From a virus (lineage: Duplodnaviria > Heunggongvirae > Uroviricota > Caudoviricetes): a DNA stretch of 64,000 bases. The first letter of the stretch is position 1, and the number at the start of each line of letters is the position of its first letter. Under the pieces are notes generated by a model. That model did not search any database. It saw nothing but the letters and a program-made list of their open reading frames with translations, and was not told where the DNA came from. The position numbers and the translations under genes were made by a program. Location: the IMG/VR virus record IMGVR_UViG_3300027896_000028; one strand, 5' to 3'. Positions 55,656-63,877 of this stretch are shown in pieces.

Positions 55656-56435
55656 ATGACACAAAAAACAGGTATTTATACTAATTGTAAGCAATGTAAT
55701 AAGTCTATATATGTTACAAGAGGTGCAGCGAAGAAACGTCAAAATCATTTTTGTTCGCAGACATGCTCAGCAAAATACAATAACGCGCATAGAGCACCTA
55801 TGACAAGCAAGCAGAAGCAACAGAGATCAGATACCCTACGCAAATTTCATGGATTGCCTACACGAATATTGACACAACCAATTATGCCACTCGAACATCG
55901 ACTTAGTATATCTCGTGCTCACAGGGAAGGTAAGATTATGCAAAAGGAATATACTTGTAAGGTGTGCAATCAACTATTCATTTCACATAGGCAAGGCAAG
56001 GCATATTTTCCTACTGTTTGTTCAGATGAATGTCGCGGGCAACAATTAATTAAAAACGCGCACGGATGTAGATACATCTATAAAAACACCCATATGCAAT
56101 CTAGCTGGGAAGTTAGTATTGCAAAATTTCTTGATGAACAAGGTATAGAGTGGGTACGCCCTAAGTGTATACCTTACAAATATCTAGATGGAAAGATGAG
56201 AAATTATTTTGCTGATTTTTTTATACCATCTCTTAATTTATATGTAGATCCTAAAAATCCGATAATTGCCCGCATTCAAAAGGATAAGCTTCTTATTTTA
56301 GAAAAACAGATTGATCTTATCTATGGTACGGTGGATTTTCTCAAACAAGAAATACTTAAACGGGTTAAGAAGATGGAGCTAGGTGTCGGTGCTGCCCCGA
56401 CTAACTTCCGCTTTGCAGGCGGTGCCGTTTGCTGA
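55656..56435 (+). CDS. putative homing endonuclease (N-terminal Zn fingers + C-terminal Vsr/DUF559-like PD-(D/E)xK domain)
   Basis: Track ORF 55635..56435 (TTG start); ATG at MTQKTGIY chosen. It shares the upstream leader TTAAATAATTATATG with the HNH gene at 52689. The motif YFADFFIP...LYVDPKNP resembles the Vsr-like nuclease core. The C-terminal 20 codons run antisense through a tRNA. Confidence 0.55.
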   Translation: MTQKTGIYTNCKQCNKSIYVTRGAAKKRQNHFCSQTCSAKYNNAHRAPMTSKQKQQRSDTLRKFHGLPTRILTQPIMPLEHRLSISRAHREGKIMQKEYTCKVCNQLFISHRQGKAYFPTVCSDECRGQQLIKNAHGCRYIYKNTHMQSSWEVSIAKFLDEQGIEWVRPKCIPYKYLDGKMRNYFADFFIPSLNLYVDPKNPIIARIQKDKLLILEKQIDLIYGTVDFLKQEILKRVKKMELGVGAAPTNFRFAGGAVC

Positions 56436-56449
56436 TTCGGTAACCTAGC
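56374..56449 (-). tRNA. tRNA-Cys (anticodon GCA), non-canonical T-loop
   Basis: 76 nt with CCA. Acceptor GCTAGGT/ACCTAGC (perfect), U8 A9, anticodon stem CCGC/GCGG, loop CUGCAAA, T-arm GTCGG-GGCAGCA-CCGAC, U73. Confidence 0.5.
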
Positions 56450-56550
56450 TTAAGACGAGTCCCTTAGCTTCTTGGGTAACTGAGCATTAAATGGGGTGAC
56501 CGGTGGGTAATTACTTCGATTTTATCACCCCATCAGATATAAGTATTAAT

Positions 56551-57282
56551 ATGAAGACAACAGTAAGCTGTCCGATGTGTAAAACGGCTTTCAAACAACT
56601 AACTAATAGCCATTTTAAGCGGTGTCATAATACTACAATACACGATATAAAAATACAATTCCCTAATATTCAATTAAAATCGGATGCAACATATTCATTA
56701 GAATGCAAACAAATGGTATTAAAACGCCATTTAGCTGTTAAATTTAAAAATACAGAAAAGAAACAACGAGTTATTGAATATAATTCTAATCCTAAATGCT
56801 GTCAACAATGCTCAAAACCTATTTCATATACGAATAAGCGTTATGCTGATTTTTGTTCACATAAATGTGCAGCTGTTTTTAATAAATCACATCTCAGTTT
56901 TTCAGTTAAACGTAGTAAGGCTGAGATGTATATGGAACGGTTACTAACGAAATCTTTTCCTCTTATACCCATTGAAACAAACAACAGAAGTGTGCTCTCA
57001 ACTAAATTTGAAATTGATATATTATTACCAACGATTAAACTAGCTATTGAAATAAATGGGCCGACTCATTTTATACCAGTTCATGGTGATGAGATTCTTA
57101 AAAAAATACAGAATAGAGATTTACAGAAGGTATTAGAACTCCAGAAATTAAATTATACTTTTTTTGTTATTGATATAAGTCAGTTTACAAATTTTGAAAA
57201 GACTGTGAAATATCTTGATATTATATTCATTAAACAAATTAAGCCTTTTATTGAGCAGTATCAAAAAGAAATGGTCAGGTAG
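56551..57282 (+). CDS. putative homing endonuclease (Zn finger + Vsr/DUF559-like PD-(D/E)xK domain), paralog of 55656..56435
   Basis: Track ORF 56503..57282 (GTG start); the ATG at MKTTVSCPMCK has the same ATGAAGACA context as the HNH gene at 52689. The motif FEIDILLP...LAIEINGPTHF is a D...(E/Q)xK-like core. Its stop overlaps the tRNA at 57272. Confidence 0.55.
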   Translation: MKTTVSCPMCKTAFKQLTNSHFKRCHNTTIHDIKIQFPNIQLKSDATYSLECKQMVLKRHLAVKFKNTEKKQRVIEYNSNPKCCQQCSKPISYTNKRYADFCSHKCAAVFNKSHLSFSVKRSKAEMYMERLLTKSFPLIPIETNNRSVLSTKFEIDILLPTIKLAIEINGPTHFIPVHGDEILKKIQNRDLQKVLELQKLNYTFFVIDISQFTNFEKTVKYLDIIFIKQIKPFIEQYQKEMVR

Positions 57283-57348
57283 GTGGGATTTGCACCCACA
57301 CAGTTCCCTTCACAGAGGAAGATGCTAACTATTACATCACGTACCTGA
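57272..57348 (-). tRNA. tRNA-like gene with enlarged or irregular anticodon loop (anticodon unresolved)
   Basis: 77 nt ending in CCA. Acceptor TCAGGTA/TACCTGA, D-arm GATG...CATC, T-arm GTGGG-TGCAAAT-CCCAC. The anticodon region TTCC-UCUGUGAAG-GGAA folds only with an 8-9-nt loop. Confidence 0.4.
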
Positions 57349-57354
57349 ATAATC

Positions 57355-57423
57355 TGGAGCCAAGCCGGACATTGCAGTCCGCATCCTCGTTTACAAAACG
57401 AGCGTAGGTAGCTTACGCAAGGC
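57355..57423 (-). tRNA. tRNA-Thr-like (anticodon UGU), 5' region shortened (possible pseudo-tRNA)
   Basis: 69 nt with CCA. Perfect anticodon stem CTCGT/ACGAG with loop UUUGUAA, T-arm CGGAC-TGCAATG-GTCCG. The acceptor has two U-U mismatches and a 3-bp D-stem. Confidence 0.4.
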
Positions 57424-57427
57424 AAAA

Positions 57428-57502
57428 TGGAGCCCCATGAAAGATTTGCGCTTTCCTTTCCGGATTACAAAGCCGGTGCATCGCTGTCTATGCTTATAGG
57501 GC
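57428..57502 (-). tRNA. tRNA-Thr (anticodon UGU), non-canonical D/T loops
   Basis: 75 nt with CCA. Acceptor GCCCTAT/ATGGGGC, D-arm GCAT-AGACAGCG-ATGC, anticodon stem CCGG(C)/(U)CCGG, loop UUUGUAA, T-arm GAAAG-CGCAAAT-CTTTC, U73. Confidence 0.55.
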
Positions 57503-57539
57503 GTAAAATATGCAGATGTTTTGCTAACACTTGCATAAA

Positions 57540-57613
57540 TGGTAGGGGATAGAGGTAACGCTCCTCTGTCCTGTCGGTGTAAGCGACTCGCTCTGCTTTT
57601 GAGCTAACCCCCC
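57540..57613 (-). tRNA. tRNA-Val (anticodon UAC), non-canonical D/T loops
   Basis: 74 nt with CCA. Acceptor GGGGGGT/ATCCCCT (G1-U72), D-arm GCTC-AAAAGCA-GAGC, anticodon loop CUUACAC, T-arm AGAGG-AGCGTTA-CCTCT, A73. Confidence 0.55.
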
Positions 57614-57620
57614 ATGAAAA

Positions 57621-57923
57621 TTAAACTTGGCCTGGTCCCGTATTCTGCATCTCACAATCCTCATCTCCACCTACTTCTTCTTTTGCAGACCATTTTTCAT
57701 CGGCTTCGACTGTGTGCATGCCAATAAGTTCTTTAGCAAGGTGCAATATATCCTCTAAAACATACACCGGGTCTTGGCGTTCATCATCACTATTGAGATG
57801 ATCTTCGATTAAAGAAATAATTGCTTTACCAATCTGAACCTCACGCTTCTCTTCAGGATTAGACATATTGGTTTCATCATGCTCTACGTACAATCTATAA
57901 ATTTTGTCGGAATCGTTTGTCAT
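57621..57923 (-). CDS. acidic hypothetical protein
   Basis: 100 aa, Asp/Glu-rich. Confidence 0.45.
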   Translation of the reverse strand: MTNDSDKIYRLYVEHDETNMSNPEEKREVQIGKAIISLIEDHLNSDDERQDPVYVLEDILHLAKELIGMHTVEADEKWSAKEEVGGDEDCEMQNTGPGQV

Positions 57924-57943
57924 ACTAATATTTATGTATTTTA

Positions 57944-58609
57944 TTACAACTTTAAGGCTTTATCAACTTCTGATTTTTGTTTTTTACTGACACCCGCTTT
58001 ATGCATCACTTCATTACGCTTCATAGTGTCCATTATATTATCATCTATATGAATGACATCTGCAGCGGTTTTTGTTATCGCATTTGGTATTGCGGTCTTA
58101 CTAGTTACTACTGTTGTATCAATATTACACGTTTGTTTAAGATCCTCTATACACGATAAGAGCTCAGAAGTAAACACTTCGTCTGTCACAATATACAAGT
58201 GAGATATGTCATTAAATTCATTGTCTCTATCGCGAACCCAATCATGTAGGCATACAATATTTGAATGTGAGTTAACACGTACAGTATTCAATATTTTGTT
58301 CATTGCCTTGTATGGGTTTGAACTATGCTTAATTTCATGAACAGAGCGTACTTCGTTATCATATATTACAACGGTTACATCAGTGTTCAACTCTCCTATC
58401 TTATATGAAACCCACTGTAACTGAGTCATTATTGCCCAACCGTTTGATCTAGTTCGATATGACAGTGAAGCACTGGATGTATCAACAGCAATAACCAGTC
58501 TCGATTTCTTAGCTTTCGGTTTAACAAATTTCTTACCTGGTTCAAGCTTGAGCTCGGGTTGTATTGTTTGATAGGCTTCGACTAGAAGCGATGTATCCTT
58601 ATTGCTCAT
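57944..58609 (-). CDS. VWA-like domain protein (putative)
   Basis: 221 aa. LVIAVDTSSAS resembles a MIDAS DxSxS motif. Confidence 0.45.
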   Translation of the reverse strand: MSNKDTSLLVEAYQTIQPELKLEPGKKFVKPKAKKSRLVIAVDTSSASLSYRTRSNGWAIMTQLQWVSYKIGELNTDVTVVIYDNEVRSVHEIKHSSNPYKAMNKILNTVRVNSHSNIVCLHDWVRDRDNEFNDISHLYIVTDEVFTSELLSCIEDLKQTCNIDTTVVTSKTAIPNAITKTAADVIHIDDNIMDTMKRNEVMHKAGVSKKQKSEVDKALKL

Positions 58610-59421
58610 AAATTCATTGCATCAATTACGGTACCCATATCTTCCGGTTTAACACCAGATGAAATTGCATCGTGTTGCTTCTTAGATAGCTCTTTACCGT
58701 TTATATAGTAACCATGATGCAAATCGACCCGCTTAAATTCTACTGCTGGTCCATCCATACGGTGGTTTATAGTACAACCAGCATCTTTATAGTATAGTGT
58801 TACGAATCCTTTATCATCTTTACACAATTTTTCACCAGAAACTTTGTCAGTATAACCTACTATGTTTATAACATCTGTCATCTTTTTCCAACCTGTTACA
58901 AAGTATATACGAGTTTGACCTGCACCCCGTGATGTAAATTCCTTACGGGCATATATAAATGGTTCGCCATCTATTGTACCTGGTATATAAAACGATAATA
59001 GGTATCCTTTAGGTCCTTTTATCGGGTCGTAAGTCTCACCTTTATATAGAGAAGGTACAGTGTAAACAATACCTTGATACTCAACTTTTTGATCTATTGT
59101 AGATCTATTTACCTTAAATTTATTGAGATTATTGCGTGTTACAGAGCTCAGAGGTGCAGTATCAAGTGGAAATATCCAACCCGGTGAATGCTTTACAACT
59201 TTAGATTTACCAACAGTTAAGTTGATATCGTTATCAAAGATTTTGTCGCTGTACTTTGCCCACTTAGCTTCAGTAGCAGTACCCTCATACAACATTACCA
59301 GATTCTTATTGTCCGTCTTGTTTGCGCATCTCATTGACATACGGTAAATTCTTAACTTTTCTTTTAGCAGGGTTTCTGATACGCTTTGTAGGTGTTTCTT
59401 GATCCTCTTCCTGAGGTGCAC
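58606..59421 (-). CDS. hypothetical protein
   Basis: 271 aa, basic N-terminus. Confidence 0.5.
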   Translation of the reverse strand: MHLRKRIKKHLQSVSETLLKEKLRIYRMSMRCANKTDNKNLVMLYEGTATEAKWAKYSDKIFDNDINLTVGKSKVVKHSPGWIFPLDTAPLSSVTRNNLNKFKVNRSTIDQKVEYQGIVYTVPSLYKGETYDPIKGPKGYLLSFYIPGTIDGEPFIYARKEFTSRGAGQTRIYFVTGWKKMTDVINIVGYTDKVSGEKLCKDDKGFVTLYYKDAGCTINHRMDGPAVEFKRVDLHHGYYINGKELSKKQHDAISSGVKPEDMGTVIDAMNL

Positions 59422-59487
59422 GATGGGGCACAGGCATTGCTGCTATATTGTTAATGTGCTGCTGTATCTTATTAATATCCATCATAA

Positions 59488-60870
59488 TTATTTGGTACCT
59501 TTATCTAAAGATGCTTGAGCACGTGTCCAATCCTTTGACATAAACGATTTAAACGGCTCAACGTTCTTATTATCAAGTATAGTCTTAAATAGCGTAGCAG
59601 TTATCATATTATCCACTCTATTAAGTTTACTAAAGAAAACGTTCATCCATTCTTCATCAAGTTCGTGTAGGATACCGCACATCTCAGCGGCAACTTTTAT
59701 CTGTGTTTTCTTATCAGCTCCCATCAGTCTCTTTTGAAGCTCTGATGTGCAGCGTGAAAGAACACCATGGAGTTGATCAGTGCTAACACCTTCCGTCTCC
59801 TTGGTGTTCTTTTTCAAACCGATATGCTTCTTAGGGTTAGATACTAACTTATCCCAATCGAAATGACGCATATAACGCAAGTGCGCCATAAATCTACGAG
59901 ACCATGCTGGGCCACATGACTCACCAGCAGCTATTTCAATCTCTGTCATCGGATCGTAACTCAACTTACCATTACTCGCTTTGAAATCTTTATAGATTTC
60001 CTCCATATCTTCACTCAATGTAACAAACGAGCGAGGACATGCAAACTGATTATCGAAAGAAGGTTTCTCGTAGAAATTCTTTTCTGGATCAATTTCAACA
60101 AACTCACAGATGTATTCACTAATATTATTCATTCGTGCCCACTTTAGCCAAGTTGGAGCATCTGCAACCATTATACCAGCTTTAAAACGACTGGTTAAAG
60201 CGATCGGAAGTGGTTCATTGAAATCTGCACCTAAGTTACCTGCAGCAACAATACCCCAATCATCATTCATCTTCAAGTTACCAATCTTGCGATCTAATAC
60301 TAACTGAAATAGCGCCTTTTGTACAGCTTGGTGACCTTGATTTATTTCATCAAGGAAAAGCATACCAGATGAAGAAGGTATACCCATGATATATGCATAA
60401 AGCTGTGGCTTCATCTCGAGATATTCCTTCCTGCTTCTGATATCAATAATACCCGTAATGTCAGAAGGTTCTAACATCGCTGTGCGAATATCCCAAAAGA
60501 AGAAGTAATCTTTATAGAGGTTGTTATCGATAATATGACGCTGTTCATCAACACTTAATAATGCCCAGTCAACTACTTTACGCTTACCACCAAGTTTCTG
60601 ATCGACTATTCTTGCTAAATCGTTAGCTGATTCTTTAATCACAGCAGTTTTACCAAGACCAGGATCACCATAAACAAGCACAGATCTATGAGTCTTAAAA
60701 CCTCTGACAATAGAACGAACGGTTTGTTCAATTGAACGCTCAACTAGGTTCTTTTCCGCATGAGAGTGTGTAGGTGTATTAGTATCTGGAAACTCAGAGA
60801 TATCGATAGCATCTTCCTCTGCATATTCACAGAGTTTTCTAAAAGTATCGATTGTTTTGAAGGCTCTCAT
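59488..60870 (-). CDS. AAA+ ATPase (MoxR/AAA_5-like)
   Basis: 460 aa. Walker A VLVYGDPGLGKTAV, Walker B MLFLDEINQG and a sensor AAGN. Confidence 0.65.
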   Translation of the reverse strand: MRAFKTIDTFRKLCEYAEEDAIDISEFPDTNTPTHSHAEKNLVERSIEQTVRSIVRGFKTHRSVLVYGDPGLGKTAVIKESANDLARIVDQKLGGKRKVVDWALLSVDEQRHIIDNNLYKDYFFFWDIRTAMLEPSDITGIIDIRSRKEYLEMKPQLYAYIMGIPSSSGMLFLDEINQGHQAVQKALFQLVLDRKIGNLKMNDDWGIVAAGNLGADFNEPLPIALTSRFKAGIMVADAPTWLKWARMNNISEYICEFVEIDPEKNFYEKPSFDNQFACPRSFVTLSEDMEEIYKDFKASNGKLSYDPMTEIEIAAGESCGPAWSRRFMAHLRYMRHFDWDKLVSNPKKHIGLKKNTKETEGVSTDQLHGVLSRCTSELQKRLMGADKKTQIKVAAEMCGILHELDEEWMNVFFSKLNRVDNMITATLFKTILDNKNVEPFKSFMSKDWTRAQASLDKGTK

Positions 60871-60874
60871 ATAT

Positions 60875-62254
60875 TTATTTAATGTCGATAAGAAAGGTTT
60901 TGAGTCTAGTTTCAGGTTGTAGAGTTTTAATACCTTCCGCTGTGGTAACTAATGCAAAGTTCTTTGTCGGTGGTGGTAATAGATTAATAGGTGGATGCTC
61001 GACAAAACCGTCAGTTATATAAACAACTGCAGTAGCCTGCTTTTCTAGTTTATTCTTTCTAAGATATTCAGCTACCGACCCCATTGTAGTTCCACCACTC
61101 CTGAGATTGTTTAAAATAGTTTGTAACAACGTTGGAGCAGTACCTTTAGTTACGTTGATATGATAGTAAGCAACGTCATGCCACAACACTATGCATATGT
61201 TAGCTTGAGGGTAATGCCTGAAGACGTTAAGAGTTTCTGTGACAAAAGCTGAGAGTTCTTGTTGACCGATAGAACCTGAGGTATCGATAGCGATCACAAT
61301 GGGCGGTAAAATATCTTCATTGTGCATCTTTGGTAATATAACACCAGCTGCAAGAGGTCTCTTAGCAAATTTTCGCTGATCGTATCTTGCAACCGTCTGC
61401 ACTATAATCTGTTTCAACACAACTCGCCAATCAACGCGAGGTTTATGGATATCCATGATGTGTTCTCTCATGCCGCCTTCACCAGTACCTCGCTGTTTAC
61501 CCCTTCCAGCATCTTCATCATTTTTAGATGATTGGCTAGCTTGGCTAACCGCACGTCTAATATCATCAGCAGATTTATTACCAATTTCACCATCAACAAT
61601 AACGATCGGGGTACCGTCATTTGTTTTTCCTGGTGTACCCAGGACAATATCGAGAGGTGCAACTGCATTAAACTTCATTTGCTTATCAAGAATTTTATAC
61701 AAATATTCTGCACTCTTATTGCTAACGTCTATAGATACTGCCTTACCTGATGCTGTTAGCTTTGAATTTAACACAACCTTAGCTGTAGCACCATTGTTAC
61801 TCATTACAGGTATACAGCCCGCAGATGGCAGTTTAAAACCATTGCGGAGTAGGTCTCGGTTCATAATGAAATCTGTAGCAATATTCCACAACTGGTGGTG
61901 ACGACCCTTCTTGCGATCAGATGTCATTGTTGCAATGTGAGATGCTTCATGAGCAAGTACACCTATGCATTCGTCAAAATCTAAAAATTCAAGAGCGAAT
62001 CGAGGATTTATATAAATGTTACCTTGGGTATCAACTGCCATTGTTGGTAAACTATAGGTAGTTACTACGTTAAGCTTCTGTAGAAAGTGACCTAGAAATG
62101 GTGCATGTTTATAGATTTGAAACTTAGAACCCTTTAATCTAAGTCTAAACTTATCTTCCTGTTCTGGTGTAAGTGGTACCGACATCTCGTCGTAATTAAG
62201 CTCACGCTTAGAAGCTTCAGTCAAAATATTCGCAACTGTGTCGTTAAATTTCAC
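60875..62254 (-). CDS. zinc-metallopeptidase (HExxH) + VWA domain protein (DUF2201-like partner of MoxR ATPases)
   Basis: 459 aa. VLAHEASHIATM is an HExxH motif. The C-terminal VIAIDTSGSIGQQEL is a VWA MIDAS motif. GTG start. The antisense ORF 61455..61901 is rejected. Confidence 0.65.
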   Translation of the reverse strand: MKFNDTVANILTEASKRELNYDEMSVPLTPEQEDKFRLRLKGSKFQIYKHAPFLGHFLQKLNVVTTYSLPTMAVDTQGNIYINPRFALEFLDFDECIGVLAHEASHIATMTSDRKKGRHHQLWNIATDFIMNRDLLRNGFKLPSAGCIPVMSNNGATAKVVLNSKLTASGKAVSIDVSNKSAEYLYKILDKQMKFNAVAPLDIVLGTPGKTNDGTPIVIVDGEIGNKSADDIRRAVSQASQSSKNDEDAGRGKQRGTGEGGMREHIMDIHKPRVDWRVVLKQIIVQTVARYDQRKFAKRPLAAGVILPKMHNEDILPPIVIAIDTSGSIGQQELSAFVTETLNVFRHYPQANICIVLWHDVAYYHINVTKGTAPTLLQTILNNLRSGGTTMGSVAEYLRKNKLEKQATAVVYITDGFVEHPPINLLPPPTKNFALVTTAEGIKTLQPETRLKTFLIDIK

Positions 62255-62277
62255 ACTATTATTTATGTCTTCTTAAA

Positions 62278-62353
62278 TGGCGCTTGTATCTGAAGTTGCA
62301 TCAGAAATTTAACCTTCGCAGGGTTATGTGATATCTATTTTCACCATACAAGC
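62278..62353 (-). tRNA. tRNA-Arg (anticodon GCG), non-canonical D/T loops
   Basis: 76 nt with CCA. Perfect acceptor GCTTGTA/TACAAGC, D-arm GTGA-AAATAGATA-TCAC, anticodon stem TAACC/GGTTA, loop CUGCGAA, T-arm TCTGA-TGCAACT-TCAGA, G73. Confidence 0.6.
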
Positions 62354-62387
62354 AAACCGGCGCTCTATCTAACTGAGCTACTCGAGC
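62354..62387 (-). other. tRNA 5' half fused upstream of tRNA-Arg(GCG)
   Basis: The minus strand reads GCTCGAG-TA-GCTC-AGTTAGATA-GAGC-G-CCGGT-UU and then runs directly into the next tRNA. There is no 3' partner adjacent. Confidence 0.35.
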
Positions 62388-62388
62388 A

Positions 62389-62580
62389 TTAAATTTTTTC
62401 GAAGTTATCAAGAGTATCCCATTCAAGCAACCTCTTGTGTGCACTATACTCTATTACAAGACCTCTAGATTCACGTTTAACAACACGGACCGTGTAACCA
62501 AAGCCTTTATGTTGAAGGACGTCACCAACACCCCACTCTTTAGGGGACTGTGTTTGTTCATAAAAGACCTTGAAAGTCAT
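62389..62580 (-). CDS. hypothetical protein
   Basis: 63 aa. Confidence 0.4.
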   Translation of the reverse strand: MTFKVFYEQTQSPKEWGVGDVLQHKGFGYTVRVVKRESRGLVIEYSAHKRLLEWDTLDNFEKI

Positions 62581-62599
62581 ATTATTATTTAGTCTTAAA

Positions 62600-62674
62600 T
62601 GGTAGCGCGTAGGGGTTACGCTCCCCTGCCTTAGCCTTGAAAGGGCTCTATCCTAACTATTAGACGAACACGCC
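62600..62674 (-). tRNA. tRNA-Glu (anticodon UUC), non-canonical D/T loops
   Basis: 75 nt with CCA. Acceptor GGCGTGT/ACGCGCT (G1-U72), anticodon stem AGCC/GGCT, loop CUUUCAA, T-arm AGGGG-AGCGTAA-CCCCT, A73. Confidence 0.55.
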
Positions 62675-62675
62675 A

Positions 62676-62999
62676 TTAAATTTGTCGAGCTTGGCAAGCT
62701 GGGCACCTGCGAAGCAGCTCAGTGTAGTTAGCTTTAACATCGTACCAACCTACATGATTAAAATTTTCTAAAACACTGCAATCTAGGGGTGTCTTATGCT
62801 TCATATTGCGATTCAACATCTCTTCTGCAATCTCATCGTGTCGAGTTTGCAATGTCTTTGTATCGACTAAGCCAGTAGAAGCATACTTACCAAGTGCAAC
62901 ACCTTTTTTGATAGAACCAATAAACATATGATGTTCTACGTGCTCACCAAGCAGGTGTTTATTGCACATTAATTTAGGATTTACATGCCATTGTCTCAT
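62676..62999 (-). CDS. pyrimidine-dimer DNA glycosylase (T4 endonuclease V / DenV-like)
   Basis: 107 aa. LMCNKHLLGEHVEHHMFIGSIKKGV aligns with the DenV motif [24 protein letters not shown]. Confidence 0.55.
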   Translation of the reverse strand: MRQWHVNPKLMCNKHLLGEHVEHHMFIGSIKKGVALGKYASTGLVDTKTLQTRHDEIAEEMLNRNMKHKTPLDCSVLENFNHVGWYDVKANYTELLRRCPACQARQI

Positions 63000-63040
63000 A
63001 GATTTAATGTATAAAATCTATGAAGTAAAATCAATGCATT

Positions 63041-63499
63041 TTACCCGTTTTGATTCTTTAGGTTGGAGATGTAGTCACCGTAAGAGTTATAATCAGTAAA
63101 GATTCTTGTCCAAATAAAGAGGTTGTTCTTTCCTCCGTTAACAGTCTCTTTAATACCAATTACATGGAAAGGTGGTTGACGTTTTTGTACTTCTACACCG
63201 TAAATGAGGGTAGTAGGTTTACTAGGTCCCTCTGTCTTAAATCTGATAGATGCTTTCAATTCGAAAATTGCATCTTGTCCTCGGCTAGCTTTCCACGCTC
63301 GAAAATATCGACGCATAATAGCTCGCTCGTTAGGCTTCAACTTCTTCTTATCTGATAAGAACTGTTTAGTTACCTTTTCACGATCACCGGCACCTCGGTC
63401 ATATCGAAGAGCTACCTTGGATGGTCTATGAGCCTCTGCTAGAATAAACGACTTAAAGCTTTTCATTTTTAACCTCTGGTTTAGCAGCTGCATCAGCAA
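63041..63499 (-). CDS. hypothetical basic protein
   Basis: 152 aa. Confidence 0.45.
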   Translation of the reverse strand: MLMQLLNQRLKMKSFKSFILAEAHRPSKVALRYDRGAGDREKVTKQFLSDKKKLKPNERAIMRRYFRAWKASRGQDAIFELKASIRFKTEGPSKPTTLIYGVEVQKRQPPFHVIGIKETVNGGKNNLFIWTRIFTDYNSYGDYISNLKNQNG

Positions 63500-63650
63500 A
63501 AGCGTCTTGGGTATCTACAGCTGTATCAACACCTAGAGCATGTTTAAAATCCTCTTCAGAATTAAACGTCAACACCGGGATATCTTGGACATCATAAGTG
63601 CTTTCAAGCATCAGTTGACCATCTGCGGCTTTTTTCAATTTCTTGCTCAT
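63453..63650 (-). CDS. hypothetical protein
   Basis: 65 aa, overlapping the previous ORF by 47 nt. Confidence 0.35.
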   Translation of the reverse strand: MSKKLKKAADGQLMLESTYDVQDIPVLTFNSEEDFKHALGVDTAVDTQDAFADAAAKPEVKNEKL

Positions 63651-63697
63651 ATTATTATTTATATGATATTGACAAATTAACCAATAGTCAATAAAAA

Positions 63698-63772
63698 TGG
63701 TCCACTAGGTTGGTATCGCACCAACGTCCACGGGGTTTCAATCCGTTGCTAATCTATCTCAGCTACTAGTGG
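63698..63772 (-). tRNA. tRNA-Phe (anticodon GAA), non-canonical T-loop
   Basis: 75 nt with CCA. Perfect acceptor CCACTAG/CTAGTGG, U8 A9, anticodon loop UUGAAAC, T-arm GTTGG-TGCGATA-CCAAC, A73. Confidence 0.65.
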
Positions 63773-63777
63773 TTAAA

Positions 63778-63871
63778 TGGCGGATAAGTGAGGTGCTGCC
63801 CCCCAGTCCGAGTGGATACGGCTCCGATCGGTTTTCAAGACCGCCCCGAACGCTGGTCCGGATACTCATCC
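63778..63871 (-). tRNA. tRNA-Ser (anticodon UGA), class II with long variable arm
   Basis: 94 nt with CCA. Acceptor GGATGAG/CTTATCC, anticodon stem CGGT/ACCG, loop CUUGAAA, long variable stem-loop, T-arm TGGGG-GGCAGCA-CCTCA, G73. Confidence 0.6.
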
Positions 63872-63877
63872 ATGAAA

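Noticed and set aside
61455-61901. 148-aa plus-strand ORF and neighbouring small ORFs inside 60875..62254
   Set aside because: They are antisense to the metallopeptidase/VWA gene, which has clear HExxH and MIDAS motifs.
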